A stretch of DNA of 64,000 bases from an uncultured Verrucomicrobiae bacterium (GCA_963837955.1 CAWIPH010000002.1:4976316-5040315); one strand, 5' to 3'; counted from the stretch's first letter, positions 21,300 to 31,276 are shown. Notes: generated by a model from the sequence alone, not told the origin. Numbers and translations are program-made.

Positions 21300-21886
21300 A
21301 TGGAGGCGCATTCTGCCCACTTTGCCGTCGTTTGCTTGGGCTCGAGTTCTGGAACACCGGTGCTTTCCAAGTCTGCCCAGGTTGTTCATCCCAAGTAATG
21401 GTGACTAGCTTTCCCGCGATGGCAATGCCGTCAGGCCTGGCATCCGTCGTTCCGCCCGAATCGGGAGAGTCGAGTTGTTTCTTTCATCCCGGTAACTTGG
21501 CGGAATCTATTTGCGACGGGTGCGGGCGTTTTCTGTGTGGACTGTGTTCGATCAAGTTCGGCAAGCGCAAATTCTGTCCAGACTGCATCTATCAAAACCG
21601 GCGGCAAAAAAGCGATCCGCTGCTTGTTGATCAAGCTCTCCTTTTTGACAACATCGCCATTTCGATCCTGCTGCTTTCGGCTTTCACATTGATCTACCTC
21701 TTTTTGGGTCTGGTCATCAGCTTGTTGTCCATCTGCTTAGTATTCGTTGGGTGGAGATACCAACGAACCCTGGTGCGCCGATCCCGAATCCGATTTGGGA
21801 TTGCTCTGATCCTGGCGTTGATCGGGGGCGGAGGTTGGATCGTACTTCTCCTCTTATTCATCCACTCTCTACCGCATTATGCCTGA
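21296..21886 (+). CDS. Membrane protein with B-box-like zinc fingers
   Basis: CPLC, CPGC, CFFHP..CDGCGRFLCGLC..CPDC, then TM helices; ATGA overlap with upstream gene. Confidence 0.75.
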   Translation: MNGGAFCPLCRRLLGLEFWNTGAFQVCPGCSSQVMVTSFPAMAMPSGLASVVPPESGESSCFFHPGNLAESICDGCGRFLCGLCSIKFGKRKFCPDCIYQNRRQKSDPLLVDQALLFDNIAISILLLSAFTLIYLFLGLVISLLSICLVFVGWRYQRTLVRRSRIRFGIALILALIGGGGWIVLLLLFIHSLPHYA

Positions 21887-22370
21887 TATGGCGGAAGCTT
21901 ATCGCAAGATCGCGTCTACGAGCTGGTTGTCCCGATGCGTGCCCGGGATGCGAAGCGCTCTCTACCTGGCCGACGATCACCTTTTGTTAGCCACGCAGGT
22001 CCTGATTTTTGAAAAATATCACCGCTTCTTCTATTCCGATATCGAGGCGATCGTCGCGGCAAAGAGCAATCGTTGGATTTGGGTGTCGGTCGTTTGGGGG
22101 CTCAGCGTAATGTTGAGCATGCTGTGGTATTTGGGCCGAGTTCCATGGTGCTATGTCGTCGGCGGCTGCTGTATTTTGTTCGCAGGAGGAATCCTCATCT
22201 GGAACCTGCTGGCCGGTCCAACCTACATCGTAAAGATCCAAACCGCCGCTCAAACCCGGCGATTGAAGGCGGTCGAACGCGCGCGCAAGTACGAAAACTT
22301 CCAGACACTCGTCATTCCTCTCATCGTGGCTGCGCAACAATCGAATTCTGTCTCCGCGACGACGCCATGA
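21879..22370 (+). CDS. Hypothetical membrane protein
   Basis: Two TM helices, translationally coupled within operon. Confidence 0.7.
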   Translation: MPDMAEAYRKIASTSWLSRCVPGMRSALYLADDHLLLATQVLIFEKYHRFFYSDIEAIVAAKSNRWIWVSVVWGLSVMLSMLWYLGRVPWCYVVGGCCILFAGGILIWNLLAGPTYIVKIQTAAQTRRLKAVERARKYENFQTLVIPLIVAAQQSNSVSATTP

Positions 22371-22681
22371 AACTTGCAGCTCGACGGTGCCTGATTCATT
22401 CGGAGCGGGAAGCGGCAGCCCGCTGCCCGGTTTGTCATCAATTTTTTTGCCGAGAATGTGTAACCGAGCACACCGGTCGCTTTGTTTGTGCGTCTTGCCT
22501 GCTTGGACTCGTCACTAAAAAGACTGCTCCGAAACGGTCGTTGATTTGGCTTACTTTGCCGTTTCGGCTTTGCTTCGGATTTTTACTCGCCTGGAGCTTT
22601 TTCTACCTAGTCGGCTATTTGCTTTTGTTTGTCCCCCCGTCCGTTCAAGACGGATCGTTCCTTTTCAAGCTAGCTCCATGA
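22367..22681 (+). CDS. Small B-box zinc-finger membrane protein
   Basis: MKLAARRCLIHSEREAAARCPVCHQFFCRECVTEH...CASCL + TM helix; ATGA overlaps at both ends. Confidence 0.75.
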   Translation: MKLAARRCLIHSEREAAARCPVCHQFFCRECVTEHTGRFVCASCLLGLVTKKTAPKRSLIWLTLPFRLCFGFLLAWSFFYLVGYLLLFVPPSVQDGSFLFKLAP

Positions 22682-24369
22682 GCCGAACTCAGCACCCTAT
22701 TGATCTCATAGAGGAAGCGATTCACTTGCTTCGGCGCGCTCCGATCGAGACGTATGCGTTCTTCCTGATCGGCGTCACGCCTTTCGTACTGTGCCTCTTT
22801 AATTTTTGCTCGGAGATGAGTTACAGCGAACAGGCCAGAAGTAACTTGCCCATGTTCGCCTCGACCTTGGCCCTCTCCTATCTCTGGATGAAAGGATGTC
22901 AATCCGTGACGTGCAGGCAGCTGGTGGCGGCTTATTCGGGAGAGTTACCAAACGCCGGGAATTTTGGGCGCATTCTCAGATCTTGCATCTACCAGGCGAC
23001 GATTCATCCGATCGGCCTCTTCGCCAAACCGATGGCAGCGCTGGCTTCGTTGCCGGGATTTCTCACATTCGTACCGCCGCTCATGCTTCCCGCCCTCGTC
23101 ACCTGTTCTTTTTTTCAGAATGCTAGTATTTTGATCACCGGAGAACGAGGCGACTTCGGGAAGTGTTGGGAACTCAGTCTGGGTCGGGTCCGCGGGACGG
23201 CATTGCTCCTCTTGCTTTCAACATTCCTGCGTATCATCATTTTTTTGAATGTGTACGTAACGATTGCGATTCTGCCCTATCTGCTAAAGGCACTTTTCGG
23301 AATCGACACGTTTCTGAGCCGAGATTTTCGCTGGTTGATCTCGTTCGGCTATCTAGTCGGCGTTGGGCTGGTCTCCTATTTCTGTGTCGATCTGTTGATC
23401 AAAGCGATCCATGTCATTCAGGTTTGCCGAGCCGAAGCGCAAACTACCGGGAAAGACTTGCAGCGATCTCTTGTAAGTTTGACTGCCGTGAAGAGCGTGA
23501 GCCTACTGCTCTGCCTGATCCTTCCGGCGCTTCCAGTGTTGGCCGGTGCCGAAGAGAAAATGAAGGATCACGTTGTGCTCGCGTCGGTTAAGCGAGCTTC
23601 TCCCAACTCGGAATCTGATCGAATCCCGGAGGCTGAACTGAACGAGCAGATCGATCGAGAACTCAACGGCTCGGAATACAACTGGCGAAAGCCTCACCAC
23701 CATTTGATTTCCGGCGAAAGCAATTGGCTCCAGAATCTGGGTGCCTGGATAGGGAAAATATTCCTGAAGATATACCGCGCAATAGACAAAATCGTTAACG
23801 CGATCGTGAACTGGTGGAACTCGCTTTTTCCCAAACCCAAAGGGTCAATCCCGCTTGCGACGGGCGCTGCCGCTCCGAATTGGATGAGTCAGTTTCTACT
23901 CTACGCAATAGTCTGTGGCCTGTTGATAGCGGTTGCGCTCGTCATCCTCCGTATACTCGGCCGGACCAAGAAGAAACCGCTTTCGGTCGCTCCGCCGGTT
24001 TCACCTATCCCAAATCTCGAAAGCGAATCGACCGTTGCGGATGAGCTTCCGGAGGATGAATGGATTCTTCTGGCTCGCCGGAAACTGCAGGAGGGCGAAC
24101 CGCGCTTGGCGTTGCGCGCGTTATTTCTGGCGGTTCTTTCTCTGCTAGGTGCCCAACGCCTGATCATCGTTCGGCGATCTAAATCGAATTCTGATTACGA
24201 GACCGAGCTCGGACGGCGCAGATCAGGGGAAGTAACCGAACTATTTCGGGGCAACCGTCGTTTGTTTGAACGGTGCTGGTACGGCGATCATCCCGTCACG
24301 GACATCGAAATCGATCAGTCCAATAGCTTTTATCAGCGCTTGAAACATGCCTGTCTCCCGGAAAAATAA
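22678..24369 (+). CDS. DUF4129 domain membrane protein
   Basis: Multi-TM N-terminus; C-terminal ALRALFLA...SNSDYE...FERCWYG typical of DUF4129. Confidence 0.8.
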   Translation: MSRTQHPIDLIEEAIHLLRRAPIETYAFFLIGVTPFVLCLFNFCSEMSYSEQARSNLPMFASTLALSYLWMKGCQSVTCRQLVAAYSGELPNAGNFGRILRSCIYQATIHPIGLFAKPMAALASLPGFLTFVPPLMLPALVTCSFFQNASILITGERGDFGKCWELSLGRVRGTALLLLLSTFLRIIIFLNVYVTIAILPYLLKALFGIDTFLSRDFRWLISFGYLVGVGLVSYFCVDLLIKAIHVIQVCRAEAQTTGKDLQRSLVSLTAVKSVSLLLCLILPALPVLAGAEEKMKDHVVLASVKRASPNSESDRIPEAELNEQIDRELNGSEYNWRKPHHHLISGESNWLQNLGAWIGKIFLKIYRAIDKIVNAIVNWWNSLFPKPKGSIPLATGAAAPNWMSQFLLYAIVCGLLIAVALVILRILGRTKKKPLSVAPPVSPIPNLESESTVADELPEDEWILLARRKLQEGEPRLALRALFLAVLSLLGAQRLIIVRRSKSNSDYETELGRRRSGEVTELFRGNRRLFERCWYGDHPVTDIEIDQSNSFYQRLKHACLPEK

Positions 24370-25531
24370 GGTTCTCGCATATCTGCTGGTCTTGGCGACG
24401 ATCGTGACGTTTATCGTCGTTGCACTACACACTTTCGAGGTGCGGCTGGAGACGCAAGAGGGATATCCCGTTGCGTCTAGTTTTCGCGCCGATGCGCGAG
24501 GTTGCCGCGCGCTTTACGAAAGTCTTCATCGCATCCCTGGTGTCACAGTCACGCGTTTTCTCCGCTCGTTTGCTAATCTGCCCCCTCCCGAAAATCGATC
24601 CTTAATCGTGGCTGGAATCATCCCGGAATTGAATCTGCTCCAAGTGCGAGATCGAAAGTCTCTGAGCAGGTGGGTAGAAGGTGGAGGCACACTCATTGTT
24701 GCACTGGAGGTCCCGGACGGGCGGGCAGACCAAATCGCATCACCCGACTACGAAGTGGCTCCTCCGCCTAAGGAAACTAAAACACCGACCCCTAGTAATA
24801 AGCCAACGACGCCGACCGAAGAGCGCTGGATCGACACCTTGCAAGGGGCCGGGGTGCGGGTCTTTCGCCACGCGGATGCGTCAGCTCGACATCGTTTCCT
24901 GTCTGATGTGTTCAAACCCTCGGGCTCCTGGCTCGGGCCGCTCTATTTCCAAGATATTCAATCGCCTTGGCGGGTAGTTGCCGAAGCGGACCATCTCCCC
25001 GTGGTAATCGAAAGATCTTTCGGCGGCGGAAATGTGATCCTCATCGCGGACTCTTATCTGCTCAGCAACGGATCGTTGGCAAGTGATCGAGACGCGGGGT
25101 TCTTGGGCTGGCTCTTCCGGAAACAGACAACGATTCTTTTTGATGAAAGCCATTTCGGGATCATGGAAAATCCCGGTATAGCCAGTTTGGCGCGCCGCTA
25201 CGGACTAGATTCCGCCTTTTTTGTGCTACTGATTCTTGCCCTGTTCTTCGTTTGGGCCAATCGCTACAGTCTCACACCGTTATCTACAAAACGCGCTAAT
25301 CGAAATTTGATCGTTCCGGGACAGGGCGGAGAAGCGGTGTTTGTGAATCTGCTTCGTCGGAGTCTGCCGGCCAAGGATTTGCTGTCAGCTAGCGCAGATC
25401 TCTGGCACCAGGGGACACACGATGCCGCTCAAATAAAAAAGTTTAACGGTTTACTCGCCACTCTCGATTCTCGCAGCTCGGTCGTCGACCGATACAACCT
25501 GCTTAGCCAACGTCTGAACGAACGCACATGA
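24347..25531 (+). CDS. DUF4350 domain protein
   Basis: SSFRADARGCRALYE, WVEGGGTL, LSNGSL, ILFDESHFG. Confidence 0.78.
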   Translation: MPVSRKNKVLAYLLVLATIVTFIVVALHTFEVRLETQEGYPVASSFRADARGCRALYESLHRIPGVTVTRFLRSFANLPPPENRSLIVAGIIPELNLLQVRDRKSLSRWVEGGGTLIVALEVPDGRADQIASPDYEVAPPPKETKTPTPSNKPTTPTEERWIDTLQGAGVRVFRHADASARHRFLSDVFKPSGSWLGPLYFQDIQSPWRVVAEADHLPVVIERSFGGGNVILIADSYLLSNGSLASDRDAGFLGWLFRKQTTILFDESHFGIMENPGIASLARRYGLDSAFFVLLILALFFVWANRYSLTPLSTKRANRNLIVPGQGGEAVFVNLLRRSLPAKDLLSASADLWHQGTHDAAQIKKFNGLLATLDSRSSVVDRYNLLSQRLNERT

Positions 25532-26493
25532 ATGCATCCCTGGATGAATTAAAGGAAATACTTAACCGCGCGCGCTCGGAGGTCGCGAAGGTTGTGATCG
25601 GCCAAGAAGCACCGATTCGCTACGCCCTAATTGCCATCTTCACCAATCAGCATGCGCTGGTCGAGGGGGTGCCCGGAGTAGCCAAAACGTTATTGGTGAA
25701 GACGCTGGCCCATATCCTGGGCAGCCCTTTCAATCGCATCCAATTTACCCCGGACCTGATGCCCTCGGACATTATTGGAACGAACACGTTTCACCTGCAA
25801 AAGAATGAATTCGCCTTTGTGCCTGGACCCATTTTCACCACGTTTCTTTTGGCCGACGAAGTGAACCGGGCCCCCAGCAAGACTCAATCTGCACTGCTCC
25901 AAGCGATGCAGGAGCGCCAAGTGACCGTTGATCGGCAGACCTATACTCTGGCCAAAAATTTTACGGTATTCGCGACACAAAATCCGGTCGAGTTTGAAGG
26001 CACCTATCCGCTGCCCGAGGCGCAAAAAGATCGATTCATGTTAAAGATCCGCGTTGCCCTTCCGGAACGCGCGGAAGAATTGGATTTGGCGAACCGGATG
26101 CTATCACAGAAAGCACCGGAGGCAGTATTGGAGCGCGGGATTGTACAGCAGGTTGTTTCGGAGGAAGACATCGAACGGCTTCGGAATAATCTTTCTGAGG
26201 TGCTAGTAAAACCGGAGTTGCTGGCCTACTTGGTCGACATCGTCCGAGAGACCAGACAACACGAGAGCGTTTTGGTTGGAGCCGGTCCGCGCGCAACCCA
26301 ATCTCTACTGTTGGCCAGCCGCGCGAACGCCGCCATTGATGGCCGTGACTTTGTCACACCCGACGACATTCGAACCTTGGCCAATGGCGTCCTCGAACAC
26401 CGCCTCATTCTTCGCCCAGAATTTGAAATCGAGGGTACAGACGCATTGTCGGTCATTCGAAAGATTCTCGATAAGGTTCCTGTTCCGCGATGA
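25528..26493 (+). CDS. moxR: MoxR family AAA+ ATPase
   Basis: EGVPGVAKT, RIQFTPDLMPSD, DEVNRAPSKTQSALL, ATQNPVEFEGTYPLPEAQKDRF. Confidence 0.93.
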   Translation: MNASLDELKEILNRARSEVAKVVIGQEAPIRYALIAIFTNQHALVEGVPGVAKTLLVKTLAHILGSPFNRIQFTPDLMPSDIIGTNTFHLQKNEFAFVPGPIFTTFLLADEVNRAPSKTQSALLQAMQERQVTVDRQTYTLAKNFTVFATQNPVEFEGTYPLPEAQKDRFMLKIRVALPERAEELDLANRMLSQKAPEAVLERGIVQQVVSEEDIERLRNNLSEVLVKPELLAYLVDIVRETRQHESVLVGAGPRATQSLLLASRANAAIDGRDFVTPDDIRTLANGVLEHRLILRPEFEIEGTDALSVIRKILDKVPVPR

Positions 26494-27842
26494 TTGCTCC
26501 GCGCCCCAGCTTGGTCGGATGGGGGATGGCGGTTGTCTTGCCTCTGACAATCGTTTCAACAGTGTTACCCGGTTGGCGGGCGCTCACCGTACCGGCCATT
26601 GCGCTCTTTGTCCTGATCTCGTTCCTGGATCTGCTTTGGAACTGGAGAAAACATCGAGATCTTGAATTTGTCGGGCCAGACACGATTCGCACAATTGCCG
26701 GGCGTATTTTCCAACTTTCTTTGCGCTTGTCTGCGCCCCCGGCCCATTCGGGCGAAATACGCATCGCTCCCGCTCTGCCTTCTTCGGTCTTTCTGACGAC
26801 TGACGACGCAGTGCTCAAGCTTCGATCGGCCGAGGAGCCACCTGTCGTTCTGCTAGAGCTCAAAGCGGAGGCGCGCGGGATCTTCCTGATTTCCCACGTT
26901 TTCTTCGACTGGATCTCACCCCTCGGTTGGTGGATCTACCGCGAACGACAAGCGCTCCGTTGTGAGGTTCGGACTTATCCAGACCTCACCGCAGAAGGGC
27001 GCCAATTAGCTCGTTTTCTCAAACGGAATGAGGTGGGTATCCACCATTATCGGCACCTGGGGCGGGGCCGCGAATTCGAAAAGCTGCGGGAATATGCGCC
27101 CGGCGATAGTTTCGATACCATTCATTGGAAGGGGACCGCAAAGCGCCGGTACCCGATTACCAAGGTTTACCAGATCGAAAAAGCCCAAGAGGTTTATGTG
27201 GCGGTTGACGCCTCTCGCCTGAGCGGCCGTCTGGTCTCAAACGAATACCGAGGTTCGGGATCATCCGACCAGCAAATCCCAGCTCTGGAGCGAACGATTG
27301 CAGCCTCTTTGCTCTTTTGTGCGGCCGCGCAGAGCCAAGGCGATCTCTTCGGTCTGTTAACGTTCAGTGACAAAATTGACCATCTGGTTACCGCCCGCAG
27401 CGGGCCCGCCCACTTTAACCGCTGCCGCGATGTGCTCACAGGTATCCATACTCGATTGGTCTCACCTGATTTTGGAGAGATCGCGGGTACACTCATGACC
27501 CGGATAAAGCGACGCGCTCTCATCCTGTTCCTCACTTCGCTAGATGATCCGGTATTATCGGAAGCGTTCTTATCGAGCATGGATTTCGTTGCTCGGCGCC
27601 ACCTCGTACTAGCCGTCATGCTGCTGGCGCCGTCCGTTCGCCCGCTCTTTTCTCCGCCAGGAGTAGAGAAAACAGATGAGATCTATCAGAACATCGCCGG
27701 ACATCTCCGTTGGACCCATCTCACCGAGCTGCGACGTCAGCTCCATCAGCGCGGTATTCAACTCTGTCTTGTGTCCAACAAAAGCGTGAGCTTGGAGGTT
27801 GTCAGCCAATACCTCGCGTTGAAACGACGGCAAGCCTTATGA
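26490..27842 (+). CDS. DUF58 domain protein
   Basis: GREFEKLREYAPGDSFDTIHWKGTAK; VWA-like DASR motif. Confidence 0.9.
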   Translation: MIAPRPSLVGWGMAVVLPLTIVSTVLPGWRALTVPAIALFVLISFLDLLWNWRKHRDLEFVGPDTIRTIAGRIFQLSLRLSAPPAHSGEIRIAPALPSSVFLTTDDAVLKLRSAEEPPVVLLELKAEARGIFLISHVFFDWISPLGWWIYRERQALRCEVRTYPDLTAEGRQLARFLKRNEVGIHHYRHLGRGREFEKLREYAPGDSFDTIHWKGTAKRRYPITKVYQIEKAQEVYVAVDASRLSGRLVSNEYRGSGSSDQQIPALERTIAASLLFCAAAQSQGDLFGLLTFSDKIDHLVTARSGPAHFNRCRDVLTGIHTRLVSPDFGEIAGTLMTRIKRRALILFLTSLDDPVLSEAFLSSMDFVARRHLVLAVMLLAPSVRPLFSPPGVEKTDEIYQNIAGHLRWTHLTELRRQLHQRGIQLCLVSNKSVSLEVVSQYLALKRRQAL

Positions 27843-28870
27843 TTATAGATCTTCGCCAGTTCATCGAAACGGAACGCAAGATCTGGGACGAGCTTTCCCA
27901 GCGGATACAACGACTGGAGAATAATCCAAACACGCCACTATCAGTCGGTGACGCGGAACGAATTTATTACTTGTACGAGCGCACGAGCTCAGCCCTGGTC
28001 CGTATTACCACTTTCGCAGCCGAGCCGAGCTTAGTGGTTTTCTTACAGTCAATGATTGCGCGCGCGTACACCGAATTGAACGAGGTGCGCACCCGCGACC
28101 GCAAGTTCGGTCTCCTACGATGGTTTTTCATTACTTTTCCAAGCACGTTCCGTCGCCATTGGCGCTACTTCCTATTCGCTTTAGTGCTGACAGTGGCAGG
28201 CGGCCTATTTGGTGGACTGGCAATCGCTTTTGATCCCGAAGCAAAACCGGTTCTGCTAGGATCTTTCCCTCATTTGCTCGGAGATCCGACCGAAAGAGTT
28301 CGAGAAGAAGAAACTCCAGAAGGAACGGGACGGCATTTGGCGGGCGAGCATACTACTTTTTCGGCAACGCTAATGACTCACAACATCCGAGTTGCAATTG
28401 GCGTTCTGGCTCTTGGTATGACCTGGGCGATCGGGACGATGATACTTTTGTTTTACAACGGAGTGATTCTTGGAGCGGTGATAATTGACTACATTCGGGC
28501 TGGCCAATCAGTTTTTCTCTCGGGTTGGTTACTTCCGCACGGGGTCATCGAGATTCCTGCTATTTTGATTGCCGCCCAAGCAGGTCTATTGCTCGGCCAA
28601 GCGCTTGTTGGTTGGAGATCCTCCGAACCCATCGGCCAACGACTTCGGTCGATCGGAAATCCAATGGTCACACTAATCTGCGGTGCCGGCCTGATGCTAG
28701 TCTGGGCGGGACTAGTCGAATCGTTCCTGTCGCAATACCATGAGCCGGTCGTACCTTATGCAGCAAAGATCGGTTTTGGACTTACGGAATTACTCGTCCT
28801 GATTCTCTTTTTGGCGTTTTCCGGGAGAACCAAAACCGAAGAAAATCTCACGCAAAGACGCGAAGCCTAA
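27839..28870 (+). CDS. Stage II sporulation protein M-like membrane protein
   Basis: HNIRVAI, NGVILGA, WLLPHGVIEIPAI, AGLVESF; last codons and stop lie inside repeat element A. Confidence 0.85.
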   Translation: MIIDLRQFIETERKIWDELSQRIQRLENNPNTPLSVGDAERIYYLYERTSSALVRITTFAAEPSLVVFLQSMIARAYTELNEVRTRDRKFGLLRWFFITFPSTFRRHWRYFLFALVLTVAGGLFGGLAIAFDPEAKPVLLGSFPHLLGDPTERVREEETPEGTGRHLAGEHTTFSATLMTHNIRVAIGVLALGMTWAIGTMILLFYNGVILGAVIIDYIRAGQSVFLSGWLLPHGVIEIPAILIAAQAGLLLGQALVGWRSSEPIGQRLRSIGNPMVTLICGAGLMLVWAGLVESFLSQYHEPVVPYAAKIGFGLTELLVLILFLAFSGRTKTEENLTQRREA

Positions 28871-29523
28871 GATCTCACGCAAAGGTTTCGGACCAGAAGA
28901 TAAAATCTCACGCAAAGACGCCAAGACGCAAAGGTTTCGGATTAGAGGATATGAACCTCACGCGAAGGCGCAAAGGTTACTCAAGGTTATTGACGACTCG
29001 ATGGATTCCGTTTTTGAGCATTGCTTCACCAAAATTGATTAACAATCCGAGACGGAGACCGGTAAGTCGGAGGTATGTAAGAAGCTGCTTGAAATGGATG
29101 GGTTCCAACTTTTCGACTGATTTCAGTTCCAGAATAACGAGCTCGCTCACCAGCACGTCCAGCTTGAATCCGACGTCGAAAGTGATCCCATCGTACACGA
29201 GCGGAACTGGTATTTGATTGCGAATTGTAAATTCGCGCTTCTTTAGCTCATGGATCAGCACAGGCTCGTACACAGCTTCATATACCCCAGGACCGAAATG
29301 CTTATGCAACTTAACAGCAGCATCTACAACTTCCTTGGCGATGCGATTTTCTTCGGACATGGGATTGTATATAACATAATATATACGAGTTGTATATATC
29401 TTATCTCATACAATCTTCTCTTTAGTCCAAACTTCGCGTCTTTGCGTGAGGTTCAAATTCTCTAATCCGAAAACTTTGCGTCTTGGCGTCTTTGCGTGAG
29501 ATTTCAGTCCTCTTTTGCGTGAA
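28840..29523 (-). mobile_element. Element A: GxxExxY gene bounded by long inverted repeats built from CTCACGCAAAGACGC units
   Basis: ~73-bp imperfect inverted repeats at 28903-28976 and 29431-29503 enclose a single antisense gene inside an operon; related shorter copies at 30301, 38348 and 44795. Confidence 0.7.
28977..29360 (-). CDS. GxxExxY protein (PD-(D/E)xK nuclease-like)
   Basis: GPGVYEAVY motif, KLDVLV..LVILELKSV, QLLTYLRLT..LGLLINF. Confidence 0.92.
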   Translation of the reverse strand: MSEENRIAKEVVDAAVKLHKHFGPGVYEAVYEPVLIHELKKREFTIRNQIPVPLVYDGITFDVGFKLDVLVSELVILELKSVEKLEPIHFKQLLTYLRLTGLRLGLLINFGEAMLKNGIHRVVNNLE

Positions 29524-29528
29524 CTCCT

Positions 29529-30302
29529 ATGCGGGATGGAACATTAACTAACGAACTTCTACTGCAAACTCCCGAGGGAGTACGCTTTCGTTTTCGCTTG
29601 GCCGGACCGGCGACTCGGCTGTTCGCCTTGTACATCGACTTTGCTTGTATCTTGGTCCTGTTGTCATTCATCAGCTCCGCCGCTGGCTTGTTCAAAGTCA
29701 TCAGCGCAGATCTATTTTTAGCCACGGAGACGATTGCTTATTTTGTCCTGTCGGTCGGCTATTTTATGGCGCTCGAATGGATTTTTCGTGGCCAAACTCT
29801 GGGAAAGCGTGTCATGAAGCTCCGCGTTGTTGATGCTGACGGATTGCGGCTCCGATTTTTTCAAATTGTCATCCGCAACCTCTTGCGCGCGGTCGACATG
29901 TTACCGGGCCTCTACACCGTCGGAGGGATCGCAGTGTTACTCTCTCCGAAATTGCAACGGTTGGGCGATATTGCCGCAAACACGATCGTTATCCGCACGA
30001 ACACCGAGACTATACCGGATCTCGAACCGCTTCTTGGCAGTTCGTACAACTCCCTCCGATCCTATCCCCATCTCGCGGCCCGCCTGCGCCAGGCCATCCA
30101 ACCAGAAGAGGCACAAATCGCTTTGGACGCCATTTTCCGTCGCGACGAACTGCGAGCGGACGCGCGGATCGATCTATTTTCGGAGCTGGCTGCTCATTTC
30201 CGCTCTTCCGTTTCGTTTCCCGAAGAAAGTGTCATCGGACTCACCGACGAACAGTACGTCCGCAACATCGTGGACCTGCTATTCCGGCCACGAGCGGAGT
30301 AG
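29529..30302 (+). CDS. RDD family protein
   Basis: TPEGV...AGPATRLFALYID, GQTLGKRVMKLRVV, QRLGDIAANTIV. Confidence 0.9.
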   Translation: MRDGTLTNELLLQTPEGVRFRFRLAGPATRLFALYIDFACILVLLSFISSAAGLFKVISADLFLATETIAYFVLSVGYFMALEWIFRGQTLGKRVMKLRVVDADGLRLRFFQIVIRNLLRAVDMLPGLYTVGGIAVLLSPKLQRLGDIAANTIVIRTNTETIPDLEPLLGSSYNSLRSYPHLAARLRQAIQPEEAQIALDAIFRRDELRADARIDLFSELAAHFRSSVSFPEESVIGLTDEQYVRNIVDLLFRPRAE

Positions 30303-30487
30303 AATCTCACGCAAAGACGAAGAAAATCTCACGCAAAGACGCCAAGACGCAAAGATTTCGGAGTGTCAGTTAATCTTCTACCGAAGTAATTCTCAAAAAT
30401 CATATTTAACCGGGCGTTAATAGCCCTCTTCAATCTTGGCGTCTTTGCGCCTTTGCGTGAGATTTTCTTCGTCTTTGCGTGAGATTC
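30301..30487 (+). mobile_element. Element B: non-autonomous derivative of element A
   Basis: ~57-bp terminal inverted repeats; ~74-bp core resembles the 3' end of the GxxExxY gene. Confidence 0.65.
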
Positions 30488-30505
30488 TTAAGGTTTGACG
30501 CAGCC

Positions 30506-31276
30506 CTATCTCACGATGCCGCGCTGGCTCAACTCGATAAATTGCATCAACTCGTTGACTTCCGGCGTCTCCGCTAAGCTCCTCGCCAATTCTTCCAGAG
30601 CTTGTTTCGTGTTCAATTTGGCCCGGTATAGGATCCGGTACGCCTCTTTCAACGCTCGGATGGTGTCGCCGTTAAATCCGCGTCGCTCTAATCCCACGAG
30701 ATTAATCCCCCTGACCTCGGCCGGGTTCCCGTCGACGATCATGAAAGGGGGAACGTCCTGGACGACCTTAGTGCAACCACCGGTGATTGCATGCTTACCG
30801 ATTCGGCAGAACTGGTGCACAGCGGTAAGTCCACCCAAGACAGCATATTCCTGCACCACCACATGTCCCCCCAAAGTCCCGTTATTGGAAAAGATCACCC
30901 GATCCCCGACATCACAATCGTGCGCGATATGGCTGTAGGCCAAGAAATTCCCATTGCTGCCCACCCGGGTCACGTTCCCAACTCCGGTCGCTCGATTCAC
31001 AGTAACGAACTCTCGGAATACGTTCTCATCTCCGATTTCCAGATAGGTCGGCTCACCCGCGTACTTTAGATCTTGGCTTTGCTGACCAATGGAACAATAA
31101 GCATGAAAACGGTTTCGCGCGCCGATCTTGGCAGGACCGCACAGGGTGACGTGATTTTGCAACCAACATCCATCACCAAGTACGACGGCGGGCCCGATAA
31201 CGCAGTACGGTCCGATCGTTACCTCGGCACCAATCTCAGCTTTGGGATCGATGATCGCCGTCGAGTGAACGTTCAT
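30506..31276 (-). CDS. lpxA: Acyl-ACP--UDP-N-acetylglucosamine O-acyltransferase
   Basis: MNVHSTAIIDP, QDLKYAGE, FREFVTVNRAT, HIAHDC, VHQFCRIG hexapeptide repeats. Confidence 0.96.
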   Translation of the reverse strand: MNVHSTAIIDPKAEIGAEVTIGPYCVIGPAVVLGDGCWLQNHVTLCGPAKIGARNRFHAYCSIGQQSQDLKYAGEPTYLEIGDENVFREFVTVNRATGVGNVTRVGSNGNFLAYSHIAHDCDVGDRVIFSNNGTLGGHVVVQEYAVLGGLTAVHQFCRIGKHAITGGCTKVVQDVPPFMIVDGNPAEVRGINLVGLERRGFNGDTIRALKEAYRILYRAKLNTKQALEELARSLAETPEVNELMQFIELSQRGIVR

